A DNA stretch of 64,000 nt, taken from an uncultured Corynebacterium sp. Lineage in GTDB: Bacteria; Actinomycetota; Actinomycetes; Mycobacteriales; Mycobacteriaceae. The stretch's first letter is position 1. Every line of letters starts with the position of its first letter. The stretch is taken from assembly GCA_943908385.1 (NCBI GenBank), contig CALTTF010000002.1:4526-68525 (forward strand), read 5' to 3'. The position numbers were made by a program, and so were the translations under genes. Below the pieces are notes generated by a model, which saw nothing but the letters and a program-made list of their open reading frames with translations, ran no database searches and was not told the origin of the DNA. Positions 22,568 through 31,861 of the stretch are shown in pieces.

Positions 22568-22840
22568 AATTATCGATGAAATCCAGGGAATTCCGTTTGG
22601 GCACTATTGACGACCTTCGATCCCGTAACGAACGCACTTCGAGCTAAAAGTATTCATCGCTCAGTGGTTGTTGTTCTGCTGATTTGCGGGTTCGAAATGC
22701 CCCCGTTTTCCACCCCCTAAAAAGAATCTGTTCTCCACAGTAACCATTGGTGTAACAGAACCATGGTCCCAAGCTATTCTTAAAGTGAAGCCAAGTTAAT
22801 TGGCTGACCGTTCACATTTGCTTCCCAGGAGGAGCCCATC

Positions 22841-23206
22841 ATGAAGCGTCGTTTCGTCGCTGCTGGCCTTGCAGCCGCTACTGCCCTTTCCCTCTCCGCC
22901 GCTCCGGCTCAGGCTCAATATCGTGAGACTTCGTCGCTTGAAAAGATTCGGGAAAGTTCTTCGGAGCGCTATACGAAAGCGGATAATGCTGGAAAAAACG
23001 CCAAGGCTGACCGCATCGAGAGGGATTTTGAGAACTTCGAGAGCATGCTGGCAAGCTCGTACCTGAACGACTCCAGAAACGAGTATCCGTATGGCACCAC
23101 CTTCGATATTCTCTGGGGAACCGCGCTGGCTCTGACCATCGTCGGCGGCCTGGCTGGCTTCGCTGTCCAGCAGGGTCTCGTCCAGCTGCCGAAGCTCCCG
23201 TTCTAA
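22841..23206 (+). CDS. Secreted/membrane-anchored small protein, paralog 3
   Basis: AGGAGGAG RBS; related signal peptide; GTTFDILWGTALALTIVGGLAG shared with paralog 2. Confidence 0.85.
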   Translation: MKRRFVAAGLAAATALSLSAAPAQAQYRETSSLEKIRESSSERYTKADNAGKNAKADRIERDFENFESMLASSYLNDSRNEYPYGTTFDILWGTALALTIVGGLAGFAVQQGLVQLPKLPF

Positions 23207-23423
23207 AACGGTTGCTGACGTTCTAACGCGTTAGCGCACCAGTTTCCTAGCCCCGGCCACGCTCCTGCAAAGGGATGCGGGTTGGGGCTTTGGTGTGGGA
23301 GGGGTGGGCGTCGATAAGCGAATGCTTTTTGCTCTGCGGGTGAATTCTTTGTGAACGTCCTGCTGGCGCGGCGTGGAGGTCTTATGCTTGCGGTGCTGTA
23401 ATTCTGCTGCCCAAGGAGTTTTG

Positions 23424-23996
23424 ATGAAGCGTCGCGTCGTCGCTGCTGCCCTGTCCGTCGCACTAGTTGCGGGTGCCGCTCCCGCGCATGCCGGCGTGGA
23501 ACGACCCGTCGACGACCGTAGTTCGATCAAGCCGTTGTTCGAGCTCAGTTCCCCTGAGCACAGCTCCGAGCACTCCAGCATGGCGACGGATGAGGAGCTG
23601 CACGACAAGTGGGCTGAGGCCTCGCGGATGGGCTTCTTCTCCCCGATCATCGAATCGATTTACGGCCTGGACATTCCGGATGGCTTCGAAGAGCGCATGG
23701 ACGCGGTGGACGATAATGTCGTGCAATACGAGAACAACGGCTCCGCGAATGCGGTGCTCGGTAGCTCCCTGAAGTGGGATGCGGCGCGCGGGCAGCAGCT
23801 GGGCACGGCGCTGAACTGGTGGATTGCCGCTGGTGTGCTGGCGGGTCTGCTCGGCGGCGTTGTCGCGGCTGACCAGGCTGGGCTGATTGCGCTCCCCACT
23901 GCTGCTGATGTCGCGCGCCTGCAGGGCGATGCGCAGGCGAATGTCGCGCGTGTGCAGGAGGATGTGCGCGCGCAGCTTGAGACGTACTTGCCGTAG
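23424..23996 (+). CDS. Secreted/membrane-anchored protein, diverged paralog 4
   Basis: AAGGAG RBS before ATG 23424; MKRRVVAAALSVALVAGAAPAHA signal; GSSLKWD...GTALNWW...GLIALP resembles the paralog tail, followed by a coiled-coil-like extension. Confidence 0.78.
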   Translation: MKRRVVAAALSVALVAGAAPAHAGVERPVDDRSSIKPLFELSSPEHSSEHSSMATDEELHDKWAEASRMGFFSPIIESIYGLDIPDGFEERMDAVDDNVVQYENNGSANAVLGSSLKWDAARGQQLGTALNWWIAAGVLAGLLGGVVAADQAGLIALPTAADVARLQGDAQANVARVQEDVRAQLETYLP

Positions 23997-24096
23997 TTTC
24001 GCGGCGCGGTGTTGCGCTGGGCTTGGCGACGTCGTGCCGTGCGGACTGGTGTTGTGCCGTGCGGGCTGAGGTCCGCGGTCGTTCGAATCGCAAAAG

Positions 24097-24105
24097 TTAT
24101 CCACA
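24097..24105 (+). promoter_or_regulatory. Isolated perfect DnaA box upstream of the HNH gene
   Basis: TTATCCACA in intergenic DNA. Confidence 0.45.
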
Positions 24106-24186
24106 GGTCTGAGCTGGGAATTCTTCAGTCTAACCGAACATAGGGGCGAATGAGAGAGTGGTGTCCAGCCCGATGGTTCAGCCCAT

Positions 24187-24202
24187 GTGAAAGAGTGTTC
24201 TA
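24187..24202. promoter_or_regulatory. Candidate LexA (SOS) box
   Basis: GT-GAAA-GAGT-GTTC-TA resembles the actinobacterial GAA(C/A)-N4-GTTC box and lies about 40 nt before the HNH start. Confidence 0.45.
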
Positions 24203-24238
24203 TACAACCAAACAGATCACTCACTGAAAGCCAGCACA

Positions 24239-25906
24239 ATGACTGCAGCGAGACCACCTGAAGATAGAAAGACTGACAGCCACCCGAACCATCATCCCAC
24301 CGAATCCGACAACAACACGACCAGCACGACCACCGATAAGGAAGGAGCTACCTCTAAGAAGCAGGCGCGGTTCGCCACCGAGAATTTCGACAACGCGGAC
24401 TGCCGCTCGGCTCTGGCCATCCGCCAGGCGCAGACCGAGATTTTCGCCCGTTATTCCGAGCCCGGAGAGGGCTTCTGCTCGAAGGACCACGATCGCGAAG
24501 TCGTTCAGGTCTGTACCCAGACTGGAATGACGAAGCCGCAGGTGGACAACGCGATCACCGCATATATGTGCCTGCGCAATCTGCCCAAGCTCCGCGCTCT
24601 CCAGCTCGCGGATTACCGTCTCGACCTTGAGCGCATCAACGCCGTCGCCAACGGCCTCGCGGACCTGGGCACAAACGTGACGGACGAAGTCTTCGCCAAG
24701 TTCGACGACATGCTCACGGCCCTGTTCACCCCGGACAAGATGAACCAGCAGCTGCCCACCAAGAAGGCGATCACCCACCGCATCAATTCGATGATCGCCG
24801 ACTTCGATTCCACCGCCGCGTACGACGAGAAGAAGCGCAAGGACCGCGAGGAGAAGAAGGAACCTTTTTCCCCTGGTGAAGGCGAGGTTTCGTTCTCCAC
24901 GCCGCCGGCCGGTTCCGGGGAGCCGGGCAACGCGTACATGAACGTCGGGGGCGACAAGGTGGAGGTCGCCGCAATGCGCGCTCAGCTCAACGCCACCGCG
25001 CGCGAACACAGCGTCGACCAGTGGGAAGCACTGCGTCTCCTCATTCTCGGCAAAGTTCAGCCCACCTCGGCCACCATCTTCGGTTACGCGCCGATGAAGA
25101 ATGGTGCGCCCGACCCGTCCAGGGCTGTGTTTCTGCCGGGCTTCGGCTGGACCACCGCCGCAGGCACCGAAGCCTTCCACAATCTGGCCGAAACCATCAT
25201 TGACCTGGAGGAATTCAAGGACCACACGGTCGCGGGCTATGCCGCTCCAGACAAGGTCAAGGCATATGTCCGCGGCCGCGACGGAACCTGCGTCTTCCCG
25301 GGGTGCACGCGATCCGCGTGGAGCTGCCAGCTCGACCACCGCATCCCCTACGACGACGGCGGACAGACCACCGCCGCGAACCTCTACTGCCTCTGCGCGC
25401 ACCACCACAACATCAAGACCGATCGCCGCGCGTTCTACGTCCCCGACCCGGTCACCGGCGAAATCATCTGGCTTTTCGACGACGGAACGTACGCCCGCAC
25501 CGAACCCTCCGGTTTCATCGGCACCCAGGTCACCCCGACCGCACCGCGTTGGCGCGCATCCACGGCAGACATCGAACACCGCAAGCGCAAAAAGGCCCAT
25601 TTTCTCGCAAAAGGGCACACGCTTGTCGACGCCTACGAGGCAGGCCTCCCCCGCCCCACCAACGACAAAGGCGATTCTGGCGCAGAATCCGGTACCGATT
25701 CCGGGGAACTGTCCCTGATCACCTACGAGGAGACGCTCGAAGCGATCGCCGAACTCGAAAAGGAATTCAACATGGAATTCCCGTTCCGTCCGGAGCCTCC
25801 CGAAGATGAAGCCGAGGAGGTGAATGGACAATCACCGGAAAACGGGCAGGAAAACAGGACAGAAAAGCACCGGGGATCTCATCTCCCCGAGGAGCCGCCG
25901 TTCTAG
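24239..25906 (+). CDS. HNH endonuclease signature protein (DUF222/13E12-repeat-like family)
   Basis: RDGTCVFPGC...CQLDHRIPYDDGGQTTAANLYCLCAHHHNIKT; ends in EEPPF as is typical for this family. Confidence 0.88.
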   Translation: MTAARPPEDRKTDSHPNHHPTESDNNTTSTTTDKEGATSKKQARFATENFDNADCRSALAIRQAQTEIFARYSEPGEGFCSKDHDREVVQVCTQTGMTKPQVDNAITAYMCLRNLPKLRALQLADYRLDLERINAVANGLADLGTNVTDEVFAKFDDMLTALFTPDKMNQQLPTKKAITHRINSMIADFDSTAAYDEKKRKDREEKKEPFSPGEGEVSFSTPPAGSGEPGNAYMNVGGDKVEVAAMRAQLNATAREHSVDQWEALRLLILGKVQPTSATIFGYAPMKNGAPDPSRAVFLPGFGWTTAAGTEAFHNLAETIIDLEEFKDHTVAGYAAPDKVKAYVRGRDGTCVFPGCTRSAWSCQLDHRIPYDDGGQTTAANLYCLCAHHHNIKTDRRAFYVPDPVTGEIIWLFDDGTYARTEPSGFIGTQVTPTAPRWRASTADIEHRKRKKAHFLAKGHTLVDAYEAGLPRPTNDKGDSGAESGTDSGELSLITYEETLEAIAELEKEFNMEFPFRPEPPEDEAEEVNGQSPENGQENRTEKHRGSHLPEEPPF

Positions 25907-26433
25907 AGGTCTCTCACCGCGGCGCACAACTCGGGGTCGGTGATATAACCCTGTTCGCACCCGTACTGGGTCTGCAATTCACCCGAGGATGGGTTCGGGT
26001 TTCCCTGCTCATCGTGTCCGTAACCGCATTCCGCGGCACCGCCGGTGCATTCTGGTTCAGCAGGTGCAGCAGGAGGAGCTGCGGGAGCTTCTGGGGCTGC
26101 TGGTTGCTCGGATTGTGCCGGTCGCTCTGGCTGTTCCGGGTGCTCGGGTTGTGCGGATTCTTCCTCAAAATCGCCACATCGGCGGGTGTCGGTGACGGTG
26201 CTGCCGTCGGAAAGCTGCGCGGTGTCCTTCTTCTCGCACGTCACGAAGGACGGCCCAGACTCGATCGTTGTCGTTCCTGCAGCTGCTTTGTCGGCGGCGG
26301 GGCTTGGGCTCGCGGTGGAGCTACGCTCCGTGAGGGTCGGTTCGTCAATGTCGTCGGAAAATTGGCTGCACCCAGTGAGAGAGGCAGCTGCCAAGATAAT
26401 TCCGGCCAAAATCTTTGTGGACTGTCGCACCAT
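25903..26433 (-). CDS. Putative lipoprotein with Pro/Ala linker and Cys-rich C-terminal domain
   Basis: Lipobox LTGC; QPEHPEQPERP/PAAP linker; six further Cys, including GCEQGYITDPELC. Confidence 0.8.
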   Translation of the reverse strand: MVRQSTKILAGIILAAASLTGCSQFSDDIDEPTLTERSSTASPSPAADKAAAGTTTIESGPSFVTCEKKDTAQLSDGSTVTDTRRCGDFEEESAQPEHPEQPERPAQSEQPAAPEAPAAPPAAPAEPECTGGAAECGYGHDEQGNPNPSSGELQTQYGCEQGYITDPELCAAVRDL

Positions 26434-26459
26434 GATCTTCTACTCCTGCTTCGAGGGTC

Positions 26460-26789
26460 TTAGTTCGGGTCGGGGGATGTTGGGCGATCGGGGATGTCCG
26501 GGAAAATGGCTTGGGCTTCTGCCCACAGTCCATCGAAAGCGCTTTTCTCGAGCATGTGGTGCTCGATGTCTTCGAATTGGCCGAGCTGGTCTGGGTGTGG
26601 CACGACATCGAGGGGTTTATTAGCACTGCCGTAGACCGTGCCCTCAGTGTATGTGCCGACGATGGAATTGTCAGGGGTTAATTCGATCATCCTGACCATG
26701 CGGCAGTGAGTGCGGGTGTCGTCGAGTTCGGCTAACTCGGCGACATTCACCAGCCCGGACCCGTCTGGGGCGGTGAAAATTGTCTTCAC
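26460..26789 (-). CDS. Hypothetical protein
   Basis: 109-aa ORF co-oriented between the Rieske and lipoprotein genes; protein-like composition. Confidence 0.65.
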   Translation of the reverse strand: MKTIFTAPDGSGLVNVAELAELDDTRTHCRMVRMIELTPDNSIVGTYTEGTVYGSANKPLDVVPHPDQLGQFEDIEHHMLEKSAFDGLWAEAQAIFPDIPDRPTSPDPN

Positions 26790-26832
26790 GAAGAGGCGCG
26801 TGGGATTTTCGCTGATTTTCTTGCTCCTATTG

Positions 26833-27237
26833 CTACTCGTTGCTGCCGCCAGCGACGACAGTGTCGCCTTCCTCGCGGACGGGGACGGTGGTCATGCCGG
26901 TTGCAGCCGGTCCGGAGACGGGATCGCCGGTCGTGATATTGAACACTGAGCCGTGGGACGGGCACCGCACTGTATCGCCGTCGACCTGCGTGATCGGGCT
27001 GCCCTGGTGCGGGCATTTGGCGGAGTAGGCGACGAACTCGCCCTCGGTGGGTTGGGCGATGATGAGGTTGTCCACGATCACCGCGCTACCGACAGGAACC
27101 TCCGTGGCGGCGACCTCCGCGGACGGAGCCTTTCCGCATGCGGCGAGAACGGCACCGGCGAAAGTGGTCGCTGTACCGAGGAGGAACGTGCGGCGGGAGC
27201 AGGGCGGGCCGGGCGTCGGGCGGGAGGACTCAATCAT
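26833..27237 (-). CDS. Rieske (2Fe-2S) protein with Tat/lipoprotein signal
   Basis: SRRTFLLG Tat motif, LAAC lipobox, CPHQG and CPSHGS Rieske ligands; overlaps the trpA stop. Confidence 0.93.
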   Translation of the reverse strand: MIESSRPTPGPPCSRRTFLLGTATTFAGAVLAACGKAPSAEVAATEVPVGSAVIVDNLIIAQPTEGEFVAYSAKCPHQGSPITQVDGDTVRCPSHGSVFNITTGDPVSGPAATGMTTVPVREEGDTVVAGGSNE

Positions 27238-28076
27238 GACTTGATCGTAGCCTGCTTCATGGTGGCGACGTACTCGCGAAGCTCCGCTGCCAGGGCGTCC
27301 TTGTCGCGGATGGTGCCGGGATTCGGGTGGGAGTATTCGACGTGGGCGTCGATGATCTTCTCGATGGCGGACCCGGTGATCGCACCGGCGGCGCCAGCGG
27401 CGACAGCGTCGGCGACGTGCTGCGGGGTGGAGATGCCGAATCCGAGGAGCACGGGGGCGCCGCCGTAGGCGGTGATGTTGGAGACGACGTCGGCAAGCCC
27501 TTGCGTCTGGGATTCGCGCTCCGCTCCGGTGACTCCGTCGCGGGAGACGGCGTAGATGTACCCGCGGGAGTTAGCGGCGACGCCTTCGAGGACCTCGGGG
27601 CGGGCCTGAGCCGGGGCGATGAACACGGGGTCGATGCCGGCGGCGGTCGCGGCCTCGATGAAGGGTGCGCCCTCGCGGACGGGAACATCGGGGATCAGGA
27701 CGGCGTCTGCGCCTGATTCATGCAGGGCAGCGTAGAATTTCTCCAGTCCTCGCACGTACGGAACATTCGCGTAGACGAGCATGCCGATGGGGACCTCAGG
27801 GTAGCGGCGGCGGATTTCGCGGATCTGGTCGAAGCACTTTTCGACGGTCGCGCCCCCGTCCAGTGCACGCAGATGCGATTTCTGGATGGTCGGGCCGTCG
27901 GCTGCGGGATCGGAGAAGGGGATGCCGAGTTCGAGGGCGTCGGCGCCGGCGTCGATAAGCGTGCTGATGATGTCGACGGCATCTTCGGCGGAGGGGTCTC
28001 CGAGCATGACGAAGGGGACGAATGCGCCCTCGTTTTTGTCGTCGAGGTCCGCGAAAAGGGTGGCGAAGCGGGACAT
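27234..28076 (-). CDS. trpA: Tryptophan synthase alpha subunit
   Basis: LELGIPFSDPAADGPTIQ, SRDGVTG, GFGIS, GAITGSA. Confidence 0.98.
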   Translation of the reverse strand: MSRFATLFADLDDKNEGAFVPFVMLGDPSAEDAVDIISTLIDAGADALELGIPFSDPAADGPTIQKSHLRALDGGATVEKCFDQIREIRRRYPEVPIGMLVYANVPYVRGLEKFYAALHESGADAVLIPDVPVREGAPFIEAATAAGIDPVFIAPAQARPEVLEGVAANSRGYIYAVSRDGVTGAERESQTQGLADVVSNITAYGGAPVLLGFGISTPQHVADAVAAGAAGAITGSAIEKIIDAHVEYSHPNPGTIRDKDALAAELREYVATMKQATIKS

Positions 28077-29332
28077 TATTTCTCCTCCGAGGTGTTCAGG
28101 ACGTACTCCGGGTGCTCGTCGAGGGTCTGCTGGACGTGGGCGATGTCCTTGTCGCCGCGGCCGGACAGGGAGACGAGAATCGTGGTCGGTGTCTGGGCCT
28201 CCTTGGCTTCCTCGGCGCGGCGCAGGGCGTACGCGAGGGCGTGGGAGGACTCGAGCGCGGGAATGATGCCCTCGCGGCGCGAGAGCAACTGGAATGCGCG
28301 GAGGGCCTCTCCGTCGGTGACCGGGACGTACGTGGCGCGGCCGCTCTTGGCGAGGTGCGCGTGCTGCGGGCCGACAGCTGGGTAGTCGAGACCGGCGGAA
28401 ATGGAGTAGGACTCCTCGATCTGGCCGTCTGGGTCGCGCATCAGATAGGACTTCGTGCCGTGGAGAATGCCCACGCTACCTGCGGCGATGGCGGCTCCGT
28501 GCTTGCCGCTGTCCATGCCCTCGCCGCCAGGCTCAGCGCCGACGAGCTCGACGGATTCGTCGTCGATGAAGTCCGCGAACATGCCGATGGCGTTGGAGCC
28601 GCCGCCGACGCAGGCGACGACGACGTCGGGAAGCGAGCCCGTGCGTTCCTGTAGCTGGGCCTTGGCCTCCTCGGAAATCACCTTGTGGAACTCGCGTACC
28701 AATGTCGGGAACGGGTGCGGGCCGGCGGCGGTGCCGAGCAGGTAGTGGGACTCGTGGAAGGTCGCGGTCCAGTCGCGCAGGGCCTCGTTGACGGCGTCCT
28801 TGAGAGTGCCGGAGCCGGAGTCGACGCCGATCACCTCCGCGCCCATGAGGCGCATGCGGTACACATTCGGCGCCTGGCGCTCCATGTCTTTGGCGCCCAT
28901 GTAGATCACGCACTCGAGATCCATCAACGCGCAGGCAAGAGCGGTCGAGGTGCCGTGCTGGCCAGCGCCGGTCTCTGCGATAATGCGCTTCTTCCCCATC
29001 TTCTTCGCCAACAGAGCCTGGCCGATTACCTGGTTGGTCTTGTGCGCCCCGCCGTGGACGAGGTCCTCGCGCTTGAGGAAGATGCGGGCGTAATCGTTGC
29101 CCTTGGTGAGGTTGGTGGCCTCGGTCAGCGGCGTCGGACGGCCGAGGTAGTCACGGAGCAGGGCGCGGTACTCGGTCATGAACTGCTCATCGTTCCACGC
29201 GTCGACAAAAGCCTGCTCAAGCTGGTCGAGGGCCGGAAGCAGCGATTCGGCGACGAACTGTCCGCCGAATTCACCGAAGTACGCGGGCAGAATGGTGCGT
29301 CCGCCGTTGCGCGAGTCTGTGGAGTCAGTCAT
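28076..29332 (-). CDS. trpB: Tryptophan synthase beta subunit
   Basis: [48 protein letters not shown]. Confidence 0.99.
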   Translation of the reverse strand: MTDSTDSRNGGRTILPAYFGEFGGQFVAESLLPALDQLEQAFVDAWNDEQFMTEYRALLRDYLGRPTPLTEATNLTKGNDYARIFLKREDLVHGGAHKTNQVIGQALLAKKMGKKRIIAETGAGQHGTSTALACALMDLECVIYMGAKDMERQAPNVYRMRLMGAEVIGVDSGSGTLKDAVNEALRDWTATFHESHYLLGTAAGPHPFPTLVREFHKVISEEAKAQLQERTGSLPDVVVACVGGGSNAIGMFADFIDDESVELVGAEPGGEGMDSGKHGAAIAAGSVGILHGTKSYLMRDPDGQIEESYSISAGLDYPAVGPQHAHLAKSGRATYVPVTDGEALRAFQLLSRREGIIPALESSHALAYALRRAEEAKEAQTPTTILVSLSGRGDKDIAHVQQTLDEHPEYVLNTSEEK

Positions 29333-29370
29333 GAAGAGTCCTTGGTCAAGAGGTGGCTATTGAGGGGTGT

Positions 29371-30840
29371 TCAGTAATGGAAATTTCTGATTCGGTCGAA
29401 AGTGGTGCGGAGTGCACCGGCGTCCTTCGCGCTGGACCATCGGCCCGCTTCGGCCGGGTACTCCACGCCCGAATTCAGATCGACGCCGAGGCATCCGACA
29501 CGCAGCGCATCCTCAACGTTATCGGGCCCCAATCCCCCGGCGAGGAGGGCGTGGGGGCGAACGGAGTCGGGAATCGTGGTCCAATCGAATCCAGTCCCCG
29601 ATCCACCGTCCTTCGCGTCGAGCACGAGCTTATCGACGTCCGTTGCCAGCCCCAGAGCCACTGCCGGCCCGTCGGGATCTGACATGGAGACGGCTCGCCA
29701 AACCTCGATATCCGGATCGAGGGCACGGACGGCCTCGCGGACAGTGGCGATGAGTGCGCGCTCCGCGGCGAGGGAGCCCTGGTACGGCGCGTGTATCTGC
29801 ACTGCGCGGATGCCTGGGAAGGCGAGCTCGTCCCATCCCTCAGTGCGGCGGCTGACCGCAACGTAGTGGAGGCCGGGCTCGTTGGCGATAATGTTTTTCG
29901 CTGTTTCACGTGAAACATTGCGCGGACTGGCTTCCTCGAAGATGAGGCCACCGTAAACGGCGCCGACGGCGCGGGCGGCCTGCGCGGCGGTGTGGGAAGT
30001 CAGGCCGCAGACCTTATTGGGGCCGTAGACCAGCATTCGCGCAGCCCAGTCGATATCAGGGGTGCCGGTGAGGTGCGAGCCGACGAGGAAGCCGTCGGAG
30101 TGGCCGCCCAGTGTGCGGACGGTCTCGACGTCGCGGATACCCGACTCTGAGACGATGAGGGCGCCTTCCGGTGCGAGCGGCGCGAGGCGTGCGGAACGCT
30201 CGAGGTCGATGGTCAGATCGTGCAGGTTCCGGTGGTTGATGCCGAAGATCTTTGCGCCGAGTTTCGTGGCTCGGGCAGCCTCTTCTTCGTCGATGACTTC
30301 GGTGAGGACGTCGAGGCCGAGGCGGTCAGCCTCGGCGGAAAGGGCGGCGTACTCCTCGTCGTCGAGAACGCTGAGCATGAGCAAGATGGCGTCCGCGCCG
30401 AAATACCGCGCTGCGTGAATCTGCACCGGGTCGATGATGAAGTCTTTGCAGAGCACAGGAAGATGGGTCGTCGCGGCGACGGTGGCGAGATGGTCGTAGT
30501 CTCCCCCGAAGCGCTCCGGTTCACAGAGAACGGAGATTCCCGCGGCATAGCGGGAGTAGACCGAAGCGATCTCCCCCGGCTCGTAATGCTCGCGGATCAT
30601 GCCGAGCGAGGGCGACGACGACTTGCACTCCATGATGAAACGCGTGCCGGGGCGGGCGAGTGAATCGTAGAGTGAACGCTCGGACCGTGGAAGGCGTGCA
30701 GGGTCCACGTGGGAGATGCGCGCGCGAATATCGTCAATGTGACGTTTTCGTGCCGTGACAATGTCCTCGAGGACAGTCGGCAAGCCGTGAGAAGGGCGTG
30801 TAGGAGATACCTGCTGGTCAGAGGCCTGTGATTTAGCCAC
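29371..30840 (-). CDS. trpCF: Bifunctional indole-3-glycerol-phosphate synthase / PRA isomerase
   Basis: IMECKSSSPS, LCKDFIID, GINHRNL, SESGI, then NKVCGLT and LAGGL. GTG start 30840 overlaps the trpD end. Confidence 0.96.
   Translation of the reverse strand: MAKSQASDQQVSPTRPSHGLPTVLEDIVTARKRHIDDIRARISHVDPARLPRSERSLYDSLARPGTRFIMECKSSSPSLGMIREHYEPGEIASVYSRYAAGISVLCEPERFGGDYDHLATVAATTHLPVLCKDFIIDPVQIHAARYFGADAILLMLSVLDDEEYAALSAEADRLGLDVLTEVIDEEEAARATKLGAKIFGINHRNLHDLTIDLERSARLAPLAPEGALIVSESGIRDVETVRTLGGHSDGFLVGSHLTGTPDIDWAARMLVYGPNKVCGLTSHTAAQAARAVGAVYGGLIFEEASPRNVSRETAKNIIANEPGLHYVAVSRRTEGWDELAFPGIRAVQIHAPYQGSLAAERALIATVREAVRALDPDIEVWRAVSMSDPDGPAVALGLATDVDKLVLDAKDGGSGTGFDWTTIPDSVRPHALLAGGLGPDNVEDALRVGCLGVDLNSGVEYPAEAGRWSSAKDAGALRTTFDRIRNFHY
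29902..29917. other. parS centromere site inside trpCF
   Basis: Perfect TGTTTCACGTGAAACA. Confidence 0.92.
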
Positions 30841-31861
30841 TGTAATCCGCCCCTTCGTGGGTGGAGAGCCATTGGGCGACGGTGCCGTCGGCAAGCAATT
30901 CTTGGGCGCGTTCGACCCCTGCGGCGATCGTGGGATCGGTGTCGTAGAGGTAGAAGATCGCGCCGGCGGTCGCGGCGACGGCATCGCGGTGGGCATCGGG
31001 AGCGGTGCCGTCGAAAATGGCGCGGATGGCCGCGGCGTTCTCCGTGCCATCGCCGCCTTCGAGCTCCTCCAAAGAATAGGTGGGCAGACCCATGTCTTCC
31101 GGAGTGATGGTGTAGTGAGAGATATTGCCCTCGCGGTCGAGCTCCCAGACGAGAGTCTCTCCGTGGACGGCGAGCTCGTCGGTCCCGGCGCCATGAACGA
31201 TCATTGCGCGGCCGCGGCCGAGTTCGCGCATGGTCTCGGCGATGGTCTGGCCGAGTGCCGGGTTGGCGATGCCCATGATCTGGTACTCGGGGCGGCCTGG
31301 GGACAGCAGCGGTCCGAGGGTGTTGAACAAGGTGGGGATGCCCAAGGACTTGCGGACTGGCTGCACATGGGCGATCGCCGGGTTGTAGGCCGGCGCGAAG
31401 AGGAAGGTGAAGTTAGATGCCTCGAACTGGCGCACCGCGCGGTCCGGGTCCAGGTCGAGGGGGATATTGAGTGCCTCGAGCACGTCGGCGGAGCCGGACT
31501 TGGACGACACGGAGCGGTTGCCGCACTTGATCATCTTCACTCCCCCGGCGGCGGCGACGAGGGAGGCGGCGGTGGTGATGTTGATGGTGTTCTTGCCGTC
31601 GCCGCCCGTGCCGGCCGTGTCCATGAGGCCCTCGCCGGTGATCGGGAACGGTCGGCCGGCGGCCAAGAATGCCTTGGCGGCGCCGGCGATATCGGCGAAA
31701 GTCTCCCCGCGGGTGCGCACGGTGGCGAGCAGAGCCGCGATGTGGACGTCGTCGTAGTCGCCGACAGTCAAGGGCACGAATGCTTCAGTCGCCTCCTCGA
31801 GGGTCGGCTCCTTGTTGTCGAGGAAGACGCGGAGAGTTTCGAGTGAGGATTGGCTAGCCAT
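30833..31861 (-). CDS. trpD: Anthranilate phosphoribosyltransferase
   Basis: DTAGTGGDGKNTINITT, GNRSVSSKSGSADVLEAL. Confidence 0.97.
   Translation of the reverse strand: MASQSSLETLRVFLDNKEPTLEEATEAFVPLTVGDYDDVHIAALLATVRTRGETFADIAGAAKAFLAAGRPFPITGEGLMDTAGTGGDGKNTINITTAASLVAAAGGVKMIKCGNRSVSSKSGSADVLEALNIPLDLDPDRAVRQFEASNFTFLFAPAYNPAIAHVQPVRKSLGIPTLFNTLGPLLSPGRPEYQIMGIANPALGQTIAETMRELGRGRAMIVHGAGTDELAVHGETLVWELDREGNISHYTITPEDMGLPTYSLEELEGGDGTENAAAIRAIFDGTAPDAHRDAVAATAGAIFYLYDTDPTIAAGVERAQELLADGTVAQWLSTHEGADYSG

Noticed and set aside
21708..23206. CRISPR-like or integron-like repeat-spacer structure
   Set aside because: The repeats are protein-coding ends of paralogous genes; there are no regular short repeats, cas genes, integrase or attC-like sites.
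29371..31194. 607-aa ORF as a TrpD-TrpCF fusion
   Set aside because: The upstream part overlaps trpD in another frame and is not protein-like; TrpCF starts near 30840.
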